Made by a program: the position numbers and the translations under genes. A stretch of 64,000 nt of DNA from Paraspadella gotoi (Eukaryota > Animalia > Chaetognatha): positions 26,914,517 through 26,978,516 of the forward strand of contig CM119265.1 in assembly GCA_051294375.1 (NCBI GenBank), given 5' to 3'. Positions 11,893-25,499 of the stretch are shown here, piece by piece (within the stretch, counting starts at the first letter, position 1; each line of letters opens with the position of its first letter). The notes under the pieces are model-generated. The model saw nothing but the letters and a program-made list of their open reading frames with translations. It did no database searches and was not told the origin of the DNA.

Positions 11893-12284
11893 CCAAACAA
11901 TTTTCTAATAAAACTTCCGATTGTTAAATTCGTTCGAGAGTAAATCTTCGTCCGGATTTAATGTTTTGATTTGAATATCCTATTTTCTTTCTTTCCTGTT
12001 TTCTTTCTTTATTTTCTTTCTTTCCTGTTTTCTTTCTTTGTTTTCTTTCTATTTTGTTTCATTCCTATTTTCTCTCTTTATTTTATATCTATTTAATTTC
12101 TCTCTCTTCCTCTTTTTCTTTATTTTTTTTATTTCTTTATTTTCTTTCCTATCGACTTGTTTTTCTTTACATTCCTTTTTATATTATTAATCGGCTTTAA
12201 ACATTTTGTTATTACTCGACCAAATGGACACTTAATTTTATGCCGCCACCCGGACACGCCTCCACCTAAGAAACCTCTGAGGGG

Positions 12285-12365
<81 letters not shown>

Positions 12366-12560
12366 AGAAAGAATCCTTCCTAACGATTTTTTATTTTATT
12401 AATTTTTTTTTAATTTTTTTTTCAAATCCTATCAATTTAATGAATTATCTCTTGAATCGCCTTCGTCTCCTTTGTTAAATTCCTAATTGTATTTTAATTA
12501 CTATATTTTTACATATAATATACATTATATAATATATATAATATATATATATTATATACT

Positions 12561-12828
12561 TGTAGTCGGGCATAGCATAAGTTCACCCCGCCTATAAGCA
12601 TAACACTTTCAGTCGTGACCCGGTCGCTCATTGAGTAAACCCAGCATTTCATGACCCCTAGGTACCGGGTTCAATCCCAACCCGGTACCTACCCCACGGG
12701 AAGCGTGAGGCCGGCCGTTTGGAAAACTCTCAAGACTCGTTCCAAGCCCAGGACCCAATCCATGGCTGCCAGTTAGGTAAAAGAAGTTGCGGATAGTCAT
12801 CTTCAGCCCACTAAGCGTCTTATCCACT
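12561..12828 (+). mobile_element. Solo LTR (family A) with internal tRNA-like sequence
   Basis: Starts tgtagtcgggcat and ends tatccac(t). TSD TACT (12557-12560 and 12829-12832). A-box-like tcgctcattgagtaaa and B-box gggttcaatccc. Confidence 0.75.
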
Positions 12829-14702
12829 TACTATATTTTACATTTAATGAGATCGTTGTAGCTTTAGTATTTCATACCCCGTTACTCATCCGAGAATCAT
12901 CAGAATCAATGGCCCGCGAGGTAGCAAGAGCTCTTCCCAACCCAAAGGACTCCAGTTCGCCCCCTGCTGAATCATACAAGAGAGCGCGACCGGGCGTCTC
13001 ACCCAGTGTAGTGACGGGATCTTGTGTGCAACGGAAGGTGAACTTCTCTGTGCTCACCTCTTCCACATCTTTCTTCCTTTCCATTTCATTTGTTTCCCTC
13101 CCCTTAATTTATCATGTTATCCCCTCCCATCTGCCTCTCCCTCATTCACATCGACCTCCCCCNNNNNNNNNNNNNNNNNNNNNNNNNNNNNNNNNNNNNN
13201 NNNNNNNNNNNNNNNNNNNNNNNNNNNNNNNNNNNNNNNNNNNNNNNNNNNNNNNNNNNNNNNNNNNNNNNNNNNNNNNNNNNNNNNNNNNNNNNNNNNN
13301 NNNNNNNNNNNNNNNNNNNNNNNNNNNNNNNNNNNNNNNNNNNNNNNNNNNNNNNNNNNNNNNNNNNNNNNNNNNNNNNNNNNNNNNNNNNNNNNNNNNN
13401 NNNNNNNNNNNNNNNNNNNNNNNNNNNNNNNNNNNNNNNNNNNNNNNNNNNNNNNNNNNNNNNNNNCCTCTCCCTCTCCCTCTCTCTCCCTCCCCTCCCT
13501 CTCACCTCTATATCTATTCCTCCTATTCCTCCCTTCCACCACAAAGATATCTCCTCCCAAACAAAATAGCATCAAAATCGTCGTCGTCCAAAAACTCGGA
13601 ATGTGAGGGAAAAATCGATTCGATCGCCGAAGACGCGTTGGTCGGTTACATCCGGTAGATCGACCGTCTTTACATCCGGGTTCGCGTCCGTCCGTGTCTC
13701 TGCTACGTCTCCGGCCACGTTGGACGGCGTGACTGTCACGTTTGCGAACGAGGGAGTTTGTCGAGGACGTAGCAGAGTTCGATTCCATGACGGGGAGATG
13801 AAATGAGGAGGAGGAGGAGGAGGAGGAGGAGGAGGAAGAGGCGGATGAAAGGATCGTCATTACTGGCGCAAATTCGGAACCGGCGAAAGACTTCAAAGAT
13901 GGCGCGATGTCTGATGCGAAGAAGCCGTTCGAATTCGGCGTTCAGGTTACCATAGCGACGCGTCGGGCGTTCGACGTGTAAAAAAGTTAAGCGACGAATG
14001 ATCCAATAGAGGGCGACGTTGGCGATGATGTTGGCGTTGGCGTTAGCGTCACTAACGGCGTTGACTGGAGATCAAGCGGCCGTTGTGGTGAATGTGGTGA
14101 ATCTTGTGGTGATTGTTGTGAATTGGTGTGATGATTGAGTCGTTGAATGTAATGATTCTATCGTAAAAATTGGGGGTTTTTTTTCAGAGTTTCGCCATAA
14201 TTGATTCGATGAATCTGAAGCAATAAACGATAATTAGAGAAAATTATAGTGACTTTTTTTGTAGAAAAAGAAGAAAAAGAAAAAGAAGCGAAATAAAGGA
14301 AAAACACAGAAGGAGAAAAATTATTCCGTAGTTTCTACGCGAAGGAAAAAAAGGCCGGACCAAAGAAAAAGTTATTCTGTAGTATCAGTGATTTCTTATT
14401 CGCGAGTAGGGCATAAACGACTGTAGAGAGAGAGTGAGGAGAAGAGAGAGAGAGAAGAGAGAGAGAAGAGAGAGAGAGGGGGAAGAGAGAGAGGGGGGAG
14501 AAAGAGAGAGAGAGTTGTGTGAGTTTGTGTTTTCTCTCATGCAAGCCCAAGAACCAAAATGTAGCGGAAGTTGATCAATCGAGAAATAATGTAAAATTAT
14601 TGGCCTCGCTTTTGCCATAAGTTTATTCTCAGAGGATCTGTATAGTCGTTAAAACTTTGCGTGTGTTTGTTTTGAAAGAAAAGTGAACGGCGAGACTGTA
14701 AA

Positions 14703-14849
<147 letters not shown>

Positions 14850-16824
14850 TAACAATGGAGCTGAGAAGCGCCGAAGAAAAATACGGGAAAGGTAAGAAGA
14901 ATGCGGGTTAATGAACTGATTTAATTAAATTTAAAAAAGCTTAAGTTAAGACGTCTGGGGTAAATGAACGGAATTTAAAACAAGCTTTTGGCATCGTTTA
15001 AAGATCAGAAGCGTTCTTATAAACAAAAGTCAAGAATTACTTTTTAATAATAAATAGTCAATGATAGGATTAATAGAATTAGGCATTCGAATTATGCCAT
15101 TTCGGATATTTTAATTCCTTCGCTTTAAACCATTTTTTTTTCCTTCGTCTCGATTTGTGGGACGGATCTAAAACTGTCTGCTTGTCAATCAGGCGGATTC
15201 CGCCAAATGGCCTGACACGGCTTTCGGGGTTCCCAAATCCGTTTGACATGTCAATCAGCCATGTCAATTTGACATGGCGCCGTTACGACGACATTAATAG
15301 ACGCTTTGTTTTTCTTTAAAGTCAAAACTAAAATTTTCCCACAAAGACGAAAATGATTTATTTTAAGAAAGAAGAAAAAAGAAAAGTAGAAAAATTCTTT
15401 TAATGTCATCGCAAGCATCAGTATTTGACAAGAATATATATTTTATTTAATTTCATTCATTCAAGAACCTAGACTGAATTTTTGTCCCAATTTTTGTCAC
15501 ATAAACTTTATGTTCAATGTCGATAACATACCATTTTCTGATATACACTCAAATAACATAGAAAAACTGAGGAATATCATCATTTGTATAGAGAGTGAGA
15601 GGTTAACAAAGAAAAATATAAGTCAACACGGAAATGTAGACATTGTAATTTTATTCGACTTTTCTTGGTAGGAACATACGTATTATTGTACGGCTCATTA
15701 ACAATTTGAAGGTTATCGTGTTAAGTTTTTACCTATTGAGCATAATAAATAAAATCAATCAATCAATCAATTAATCGGCTGTTTTCTGGAAAAATAGGAC
15801 GGAAAAAATGATTAGTAATTAAAGCGAGAAAGGAAAATCTAATTTTTTCTCTCCACTAAAAAAGTCATAATAAAATCCATTTTTTCGCCGAAAAATTAGT
15901 TTCCTGGGCATGGCATGGCATGGGCATGAACGATTGCGCATGGATTGGCTTTTCCGACAATGTCTGGAAGATTTTTTTTGTTGTCGTATTTCTATTTCGC
16001 TTTTACCGTAATTTCTTTTAATTTTTGCATATTTTACCCCAAAAAAATATGTTTAGTACTATAGTATTAGCGACGTAACCGACAAGATGTTTATTTTTGT
16101 CGTCTTTACCGACACATTACTCATCTTAAGTCTTGACCGATTTTTACCGACAAAGTCGCTTTGATTAATTGAATTTTTCGACTTTGAAAAAAAAAGTTAG
16201 TTTTCGTGAATTTTTGCGACGACGCGAGGCGCGAAGAAGAAGANNNNNNNNNNNNNNNNNNNNNNNNNNNNNNNNNNNNNNNNNNNNNNNNNNNNNNNNN
16301 NNNNNNNNNNNNNNNNNNNNNNNNNNNNNNNNNNNNNNNNNNNNNNNNNNNNNNNNNNNNNNNNNNNNNNNNNNNNNNNNNNNNNNNNNNNNNNNNNNNN
16401 NNNNNNNNNNNNNNNNNNNNNNNNNNNNNNNNNCTCTCTCTCTCTCTCTCCCTCTCCCGACGCGAAATTGCGAGATCGAGAAAATTGTTTCGCCAGTACG
16501 AATTGGCGAGAAAAGTCACAATATTTTAGGGTAGCGTCGTAATTAAAACATTAATTTCACTGTTTTATTTTTTTAAAAATGAATTAATTCAATCGTGTTT
16601 CTTCTAACATATTGAATAGAATCTTACTATATAATTCTTAGACATATGATGTTTGGTGATTTTCGATGGAGAATAGAACAATTAGAATGTTTAAATCGTT
16701 AAATATTTGTCATTTTAACATCCATTATTATTATATTTAAACTTGGAGAATTAAATGTCTTTTTTATTTTCTAGTATCATTTCCCTCATTTAATTAAATC
16801 AAATCATATTTTCGCCACTACGTC

Positions 16825-16940
16825 CGTCGTCCAATCACGCGCGGTTGAATCCGCGATCTCAAAAAATCCCGCCAATCAGCGACGTCGACTCTAAATTTTC
16901 GACGAATCAGAACTCGAGTTTTGACGGGGGCCAATTAGGG
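16825..16940. promoter_or_regulatory. CpG-rich cluster of CCAAT boxes (candidate NF-Y promoter)
   Basis: ccaatca, ccaatca, cgaatca and ccaatta spaced about 30-40 bp apart in a CpG-rich patch within AT-rich DNA. A copy lies at ~32490-32690. Confidence 0.35.
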
Positions 16941-17955
16941 AAAAAAGGAAAATCCCGCTGACCGAGAGTGTCGATAAAAAAAAAAAAGAGGAGGAGATCC
17001 CTGAGAAATATTCGAAGAAACAAACAAACGAATCATAAATAACCTTAATCGCCGTAAAAAATTATCCTCTCCACCCCTTTCTGTTCAGAACTTTTAGAAT
17101 ATTGTTAAATTTTTCAATAAATGACTTCTAATAAAATAAAAAAAAATGGTCGAACAAGAATATATATGTTGAAAAATTATTAATTAGACATCACCGGGGG
17201 CTAACAAGAAAAAGAACTTATCCTTAAAGTGGATGATTATTCAAAATTCCGAAGACGACTGGATTAAGTTATATACAGAAAGAACGTTACAATTTCCTGA
17301 CAGAAAAATGCCTTAACAAATTGAACATATTTTAAAAATATTTAGGTGAATTAAGCTATGTTAACACATCGAAACAGAAAGGATGTTAAGGCCAGGGATT
17401 CACTCACCTAAATTGTAGAAACTCTTAATTAACTTGTATCTTAATCATTTCTCATATCTTGTAAGAGGTTTTTCTATTAAAATAATGAAAACTTTTAAAA
17501 CATCTACATAAAATGTTCATTGAAAGAAAGGAAAGGTGGGGGATTTCTATGAAGTGCGTTTTGAAAAAATGTTTTTTCGTTTCAAAAAGATATCAGGATT
17601 AATCAACAAATAATTGTTTAATAATAATCAAATTTTATATGAAGGAAGGCAAATTTTGAAAAGTATCTTTTCATAGATATTGGATTCTGACCAAAAAGGT
17701 ATTCATGCCAAATTTCAAAATGAGCCGCCTTACCGTTTGGGCTGCAACTCTTCAAATAGGTTTCTTTTATTTAATATAGTAGCAAAAAAAAAATCGAAAA
17801 AACGATGACGACCTTTTGAAAAATAGTAAAAGTGAATACATTTCGGAATCGTCAGGGGCTCCCTTTCGATCCGAGTTCGGTTTTATCCTAATTATAGATT
17901 TGAATTGAGTGATTCCGGACCTTAACAAAGTCGAATAAGAATAAAATACTGAAAC

Positions 17956-18169
17956 TGTGTTAGTGACACAACCGTTCAATATAAAACAGTCCCATGAGCT
18001 TCGGATTATAGGCTGTAACACCGTATTACAGGCGGGTTGAAAAGCGTGCCCCCTCCCTCCTAAGCTGCTAGGCGACCACGGGCTAGAACCCCGGACCTTT
18101 GGTTTGGAGGCAAATGACTTGCTCCGGCACAATGGCCGCTGATGAACGGTTGTGGATTTTAGTCACGCA
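17956..18169. mobile_element. Non-autonomous DNA element (family B, HINE/MITE-like) with tRNA-like core
   Basis: Sub-terminal inverted repeats aaccgttca (17970) and tgaacggtt (18143), then a terminal hairpin. Internal minus-strand ...gcctccaaaccaaaggtccggggttctagcccg is tRNA-like (CCA anticodon-type loop, B-box-like). Homologous to 20440-20660 and to fragment 22995-23038. Confidence 0.6.
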
Positions 18170-18619
18170 TAAAACATGTAATTTTAGGCATTTTTCATAA
18201 AACGAAAATCTTTTTCAGATGTACCCTCCAAAAAAAATATAAAAAGAAACAGTTACAAGATAAACCTGTTTATTAAAACGAAATGAAATTTGGATCGACG
18301 AAGAAATTAAGCGGCAAGCCAAATAAGATATGTTCCTGAGCCGAAAGATGTAGGTTAATAAAAAAAAACAAGGGTGCCCCCCAAAAAATTTATAGAGAAA
18401 TCAAAAGATGGCCAATACAGGCAAATAAAGAGGAAACCAAAGGCAAATATGTTTTAAATCAATTGATTTTGTCTGCCATTTTCGTATCGCAAAATTGAAA
18501 AAGTAATAAACAAAAACTTTTTTAAACTAAAAGGGAGTGGTCTAAAATCGGAATTAGGTAAATATATTAACATGTAATATTTTTATCTTAATTTTTATAT
18601 TTTACTGAATATTATGTAA

Positions 18620-18917
18620 TGTAAAGTCGGGCATTGCCTAGGTTCACCCAGCCTCTAAGCATATGAACACCGTTCAGTCCTGACCCGGTGGCTCATTGTG
18701 TAAAGCCATCAGCTCATGACCACATAGGTACCGGATTCAATCCAACCCGGTACCTACCTGCGGGAAGCGTGAGGACGTGGCCGATTAGCCGCCTTGGGGG
18801 CGTGGCAACCCCTCAAGCCTGGGTTCCAAAGCCCAGGAACCCGTTCCATGGCTACTAAAAGGGGGTTATAGAAGTACCGATAGTCATCTTCAGCCCACTT
18901 AGCGCCTTATGTCCACA
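18620..18917 (+). mobile_element. Solo LTR (family A) with internal tRNA-like sequence
   Basis: tgtaaagtcgggcattgcc...tatgtccaca, with approximate TSD TGTA. Internal gacccggtggctcattgtgtaaagccatcagctcatgacc...ggattcaatcc (A box, CAT loop, B box). Confidence 0.7.
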
Positions 18918-20172
18918 TGTACAATGTGTAATTTTTATAAAAAATATTTATTAATGCTTTAGATTACAAGAGATAAAAGATGATCTTAAAAAATAAGCAA
19001 AAAAAAAAAAATCTGTGGCCATAGTAAACGAGAAGAAGGCCGCGGCATTATTGTTAGAGCATGGACTCAGCCAAATACGTATATAAGACTTAAAGAAGAA
19101 ACTAAATAAAAACGCATGACATCTTTCCTTCTTACGATAATGTATTGGAAATAAAAAACCATACGTATCCACCAAACATAAAGTAAAATATTTTTAGAAT
19201 TTCTTTATAGAAACTTATATGTTGAGATATGCTTTAATTTATTAAGGATAATGAAGATGGTACAGAATAAGTTTGTCGTCATGCAAGAACCTTGTTGATC
19301 ATACTGCAAAGCCGAATTATTTCTCTTATTCGCGGAATTATTTCCAAAAATTCCAATCGATACTCGAGAGTTTGTCTTTTCTGCTTGTCCGAAAAAATAA
19401 AGGAAAGAAAAAAAGAAGAAAAAAGGAAAAAAAAAGAAAAAAATAAATAAACATTATTTTCTTCCTTATGATGCCGCGTCTCTGATTGGCTGGAAAGTGT
19501 GACGGCGTGAGTGAACTTATATTTCAGATAATGAAAACAATTATTATATTTAAATATGGTGGTGTGGAGCAAAGTGAAGCAGTCACAGTACAAGCAATCT
19601 TATTGTCAAAAATAATGATGATTACATGCGAAGAAAAATTTTCATTCAAACCAAAGATAAAGTGTCTTCGTTTTTGTACATGTGTACCTGCTTGCAATTT
19701 TTATAAATAATAGGTATACTAGAAGGTGCAAATCTAAATGTCATGGGGTGGGTCAGAAGTTTTGATGATTTTAGCCAAGTTTTTTACTAATTTAAGTAAT
19801 AAAAACATAAAAAATTTTAAAAAAGTTGTAATTAGCATTTTTTTGCTTAACTTTTTTAGATCTATCAGAATCAATTTTTTGACATTAATATAGCAATAAT
19901 AATAATTTTAATTAGCTAATTACCGATGGTTACTGATATTTTGGCCTAAAAAATTCTTTTAAAATGGATTTGTTTCATGTGTTCTCCATTAAAAATTTGA
20001 TTTGTGCTACGAGCTAATACTAAGTTGGGGTTGTGGCTATTTTAATCGTTGTCGGACTAATCGAGGAATAATTGATCATAAACCGTCCCGTAGTCACTGT
20101 CAGGAATATAAAAGTAGTATTAAATTTAATTAAAAGATATCAAGTTGTGGAAATTTTCTTTTTCTTATTAAG

Positions 20173-21822
20173 ATATGGACAAATGCGACACCCGTCTGGG
20201 AGACGAGATTGACAGACCTTTGTTCTATGAGTTTATTAAAGGTAATGATTAAACAAAGTCATTTCCGACAATATTAGCATTATTTAACCGTCCACGGTGC
20301 TGATGTTTCAAATGATGTTTCGTTTTTAATTACTCTTGTTGTTGTGTTGTTGTTTGTTTTGTGATTTGAAGAGAGGCGAGACAAAATTGGAAAACGATTT
20401 TGGACGCGAATAAATATCTTGAAGAGACAGTAATTTATTTGTTATGAGTTTAGTGATAGAACCGTTTCAATATAAGCAGTCCCTGAGCTTCGGATCAGCT
20501 GTAGCACCATGTTACAGGCGGGTTAAGCGCCGCCGTCCCTCTTAACTGCCAAGATGACGCACCGGGCTAGAACCCGCGGACCTTTGGGGTTGAGGAGCGA
20601 ATGACTTGCCTCCGGCACCAATGGCGCGCTGAATGAACGGTTGGTGGTTTTAGTCCACCATAATCTAAAAGATTAATAATAATTTAATTAATTAATTAAT
20701 TAATTATTAATTGATTTCAATAATTTTATGGTTTTAAAGAAACGCGCCGAGGCTAACGAAAAAAAATTTTTAGGAATTATATTTGGTGAAAGCACAAACA
20801 ACTTCAAAAAAAATTTAATATTGTGGTAATGCAATAAAAAAGATCTATTTGTCAACTTAAATAAATTTTCATGAATCACAAATTTTTTATGCCTGTTGGC
20901 TAGTTGAAAGAAATGGTACGAGTATTTGTTTAAAATGTTTCGTACAAAAATGAACTTACCATGATTGATGGTAAAGTTGCTTCTGAACTTATTGGGTATT
21001 GCTCGGCGAAACTGCAGAATTTGCAAGGCTAAACGCTTCTCAGATGATGATGATAGAGGATATTTTACTTCGTGAAAATAGATGAAGGTTTAGTTGATAA
21101 TATTAAATAATTTAGCCTTGCCCCTGACTTTGGACCAGCTTCTGGTTGATTAAGGCCTACCTTCACTCTTAAGAACATAATAATGAAAATAACGTAGCGG
21201 GAGTCTGGTTCGCATTTCAAATTGAAATGCTATAATTTTAAAGAATGATTTAATTGTAAAAATCTCTGAAAATTATTACATTATTTTAGAAAATTTACAA
21301 ACAAGCATAGTGGTAGCCGCTCAAGTGACGATGAACAACAACAACGGACAAACGACGCACAACACCGACAACGACGAATCAAATTCAATGCCGTTATTAG
21401 ATGCAGCCCGGTTGGGACTTTCCAGCAATGCAATGCCTGGATAAGGTTTACAGAATACCTTCTACCATGGTATCTTAGCAAAACTATAAAAATACCAGGT
21501 ACAATTTTTTACAAAACAATTGAAAAGCTAATTACTCTCGTATAGCTTTATTTTGAACAAAAGCTCGAGGTGATATTGACAAAGAAATAATTAAAGGCCC
21601 ACAAAAAAAAAAAAATATCAAGAGGAGCCTGTAATAACAAGCTTAATGGTAATTCTGGTTGAACTATCCAAATCCAAAGGGAGGAAATTCCACAGATGGA
21701 AATGTTCCCCGTCGGTGCTTTTTCGAAATTATAAAGTATTGCTGTTTTTTCATTCTTTTTTACATAGAGCTGACCTGACCGACGCAACTGCAAGACAGAC
21801 TGACTCACCAAGAACAGAATGA
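20173..21822 (+). CDS. Candidate multi-exon gene of unknown function. Exons 20173-20241, 20372-20429, 21290-21445, 21768-21822
   Basis: AG/GT-bounded, phase-compatible segments give DMDKCDTRLGDEIDRPLFYEFIK|ERRDKIGKRFWTRINILKRQ|KFTNKHSGSRSSDDEQQQRTNDAQHRQRRIKFNAVIRCSPVGTFQQCNAWIR|ADLTDATARQTDSPRTE*. No domain recognised and no start exon found. Confidence 0.3.
20440..20660. mobile_element. Non-autonomous DNA element (family B), second copy
   Basis: Aligns along its length with 17956-18169. subTIRs aaccgtttca and tgaacggtt, 3' hairpin ggtgg-ttttagt-ccacc. Confidence 0.6.
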
Positions 21823-23464
21823 CAGACCTGAGCTGACAGAGACAATAATCACCAAACTGACAGAGACTGACAAAATGATGGAGGGTCGGGTTGTCGCCGC
21901 CGCAAAATGCGGAATCACTGAATCGTGACTGGTCGAGATGGAAAACCGGCATGACCAATCAAGCTTTCAAGACCAATGGAACTGTCAAAATGACTCTTGG
22001 CTTCTGATCCTCTTCTCTCGATATAAATAGACTTGTTCCTTAGTTTTCAGCAGAATTGGATATGGACTCCGGCGTGTGTCTCACCGTCACCTTATTCTAT
22101 CTCAGAATCAATCGTTCGACTTTATTTCGTCCTAGAAATCCATGAGCTTTTCTTAAATGTGATGGAAGCGGTGCGATTCGAACCCACGTTAATTCTTACA
22201 TTTATTTTACCAGATTTTTGCCCAAGTATTGGAGATAAATGAAAATTAATAGTAAAAGGTTATACAAACATTCTGCATAGTTATTCATAGTTTTGAAAAC
22301 GCGGTGAAATGGGAACGAAATTTCAAAGTTATTGTCATGAAGACTGCACAGTGTTTAATTAATGGTATAAAGAGTTAGGAAAAGGGAGATAGCTCATGAA
22401 ATTAAAATTTAAAAAATTTATCATATTTAAGAGTTCCATGGTACAACATGGCATCCTCAGTTCCGCGATCTTATTTCATTGTTCGTCATTGTTTTGAGGG
22501 AAAGGATTTACCGCCGGGATATTACGGGAACGAAGTAGGTTTTTAAACAGCTAGCTTTTTAATAAATAAATAAATTTATTAAATAATTTTTTAGGATCAC
22601 AAGAGGCGCAGAATAAAAATTGACCGAAGATCAAGAAGAAAAATCAATTGAGAAACAAATAGTTTACTCAAATATACAAGATGTGTTTTATAGACATTTA
22701 GCTGCCTCCCGATCCGAAATTAGCATCCTCTAATGAATCCATACCAAGTGGAGCATTTACCCTTAGACGAAGAGTTTCTAATCTTATTGTTAGCTGAAAA
22801 GTTAATTCATTTTTATTCATTTGGATATTTTTTATTTAATTTCGTTATTAAATCATTATTCGTTAAATAAATTTTTAATCTAGGGTAATCTTGGGCTAAG
22901 GTATATTGATGAATATATCTTGGATACTATTACTTTCTTGTCTGCTTTCTCAAGAATCATTTTAAATAAATATTTGCATATTGGACTTGCGCGCCTGCAC
23001 CAATGCAGGATGAACGGTTGGTGGATTTTAGTCCACCTTAATATCAACAATTCCATTGTCTTCTTAATAACCATTTTTTTAATAACCAATTTAATAGTTC
23101 AATCAAAACTTTTTGATTAAATATAATTTTAGAATAATTTAAAAAAAAATGCTGTGGTGGAACATTAAAAAAAAAGATGTTTGATTGATTCAGACACGAA
23201 ATTCGTTTTTAGAAATTTCCTTTTACTGTTTGAAAGTGAAAAAAAACTACAGACGATGGAAAGAAAAACCGCGGTTAGAAATTGGTTTTGTCTTTTACGC
23301 AAAATTTAAAAATCATAATAAAATATTTGTTCATCTTTGGAAAGGTAACACATAAGGTTTTTTCAAAACAAATACTTTTAATGAAACAACACATAAAAGC
23401 TAACTAATTTCACTATGGCAATATTTTTTCCCGAGAAAAAAACTATTTCGATCAAAAAACTGTG

Positions 23465-23850
23465 TGGGGGGGGGAGAGGAAGAGGAGAGGAAGGGGAGGG
23501 AAGAAAGAGAAGAGGAGAGGGGAAGGAGGGGGAGATGAAGGGAGAGGGGAAGGGAGGCAGGGGAAGTCGGGGGAGAGGAGGGAAGAGGGGAAGGGGGGGA
23601 GGGGAAGGGGGAGAGGAAATGGAAGGGGAGAGGAAGGAAGAAAGGGAAGGGGTAAGGGGGAAGGAAGGGGAAGGGAGGGGGAAAGGGGGGTAGAGGAAGG
23701 GGAAGGGGAAGGGGAAGAGGGGGGAGAGGAAAGGGGGAGGAGAAAGGGGAAGGGAGGAGGAAAGGTTTGGAGAGGAAGAGGGGAGAGGAGAGGGAAAGGG
23801 GAGGAGGAAAGGGGGATGGGAAGGGAGGAGGGGATAGAAGGGGGTTTAGG
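23465..23850 (+). repeat. Purine-rich (GGGA/GGAA) low-complexity tract
   Basis: Almost entirely G/A. A similar tract lies at 32692-33100. Confidence 0.8.
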
Positions 23851-23976
23851 TGGGGTAGGTTTTTTATTTTGGTGGGATTGGGTAAGTAAGATCGTGGAGT
23901 TGATTGGGAGATATTGTCCGATTGATCGGGATTCCGTACTATAGTACTATAGTTAGGCTAAATAGAATTATGATTA

Positions 23977-24603
23977 TTTTCCCAAGAACGTCCCATTTTT
24001 ATTTAAAATTTAAAATCAGATTCCATTTTTTGAGTTTAAATGTTAGAGTAATTTTTTAAGAGAGCGAGTTTGAAGTTTAGTTTTGACAACGATTTTTTTT
24101 AGATTCAAGAAATCAACATGTTTCCTTCAAGTTTCAAGCCTTCATCAGCGTGTAGTGATGAAGGCTTTGAAATGAAGCCTAAAAAAAAAAAAACATGTCT
24201 GTTTTTTGAAATTAAATAAAATCGTTGTCAAACTAAACTCAAACTGTCTCTAATGCGTGCCCAAACAACGAAAAGAAAGGATTTATATCACAAGGTAAAT
24301 TTTTTAAAATTAAAATTATGTTAAAAGGTTAGGGTTAGGGATTTGGTTAGGTAATTGACAGTTAGGGATTTGGTTTTGTAATTAAGTTTAAGAATTTGGT
24401 TAACGGACTAGTTTTTCGGGGGTTAAAGGTTGAGTTTATAGAAATTAGGGTTTAGGATTTAAGATTAAGAATAGGAAATTATGGATTAGATGTTAAGCAT
24501 TTGTTTATAAGTTTAAAATATTAAGTAAAATTGTATGAGTTAAAATTTAAAAATCCTGGGATAACAAACAGAAATGGAGCAGTCTCGCAAGGAAAAGAGA
24601 GCC
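23977..24603 (+). mobile_element. MITE-like element (family C) with TTAGGG-like core
   Basis: 5' ttttcccaagaacgtcccatttt, then degenerate (ttaggg/ttagga)n, then 3' aaaagagagcc. Same architecture at 37741-38298, 48499-48738 and (minus) ~44555-44770. Confidence 0.55.
24060..24252. repeat. ~190-bp inverted repeat of head-to-head hammerhead-like motifs (Penelope-like pLTR remnant)
   Basis: Arms agtttagttttgacaacgatttt and aaaatcgttgtcaaactaaact, centre ccttcatcag-cgtgta-gtgatgaagg. Each arm reads (c)TGATGA-aggctt...(g)AAAC-atgt. Confidence 0.55.
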
Positions 24604-25499
24604 TGTTGGGGGGGGGGCTAGGTTGAGTCGCGTTTAGTCGTTAATCTACGCGAAATTTGGCGCGGAGGTCGTGTCGCTATGATGAATTCGGTGTCATATT
24701 TTTTTTCCGGAAAGGAAACAAAGAAAAACAAAAGTAAAATATTGAGGCGAAAAAAGAAAATAAGGAAAAGATAAAAGAAAAAGAAAAATCCTTAAACAGT
24801 GTGTTTGACGGGCGGAGAGGCTAGGGGTAGGGAGGGCAAAGGGGAATGGGAGGGAAAAGGGTGGAGGGCAGAGGGCAAGAGGAAGTCATCAGGGTTTTGG
24901 TGGGGAGAAAGGAACAGAGGTCAGGGCGAGAGGGCGGAAGGGCGTAGAGGGACGAGGGGGCGAGGGGGCGGGAAAAGGGCGAGAGGACGGGGGGCGAAGG
25001 GGGGATTTCAAGAAAGAAGCGGCGGCAAAAGATGAGACGCGGACGGGCGAATATTGACGGAGAACAGNNNNNNNNNNNNNNNNNNNNNNNNNGAGAAGGC
25101 GGGAAAATATTTGAGACGGGCAAAAGGTTTGAAGCGGGCAAAAGGTTTGTGGTTGGCTAAAGGATTGTGACGGGAAAAGATTTTGAGAAAATAAAAGGTT
25201 TGAGGCGTGCAGAATTGGGGTGGATATCATTGGCGGTAGCGTCGGGATTTTTTTTTTGTCTTTGTGTTTTTAGCAGGAATTGCAAACTTCACACCCGCTA
25301 TTTAAACTTATTATAATTATAATTATTATTATAATTATTATAATTATAATATAATTATAATAAACGTAATATAATTTATATTCACTTGAGATTCCCTGAT
25401 TGATTGAAAAAAGTCATCAACTCATAAATATTAGGTGCTGGAAACTTTCCCAAGAAAATTATTTAATTGCAAATTACTACAAAAATCGGAAATCGGGAG

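Noticed and set aside
22165-22190. tRNA T-arm-like fragment (minus strand cgtgggttcgaatcgcaccgcttcca)
   Set aside because: Only a B-box/3' fragment with no cloverleaf; too short to call.
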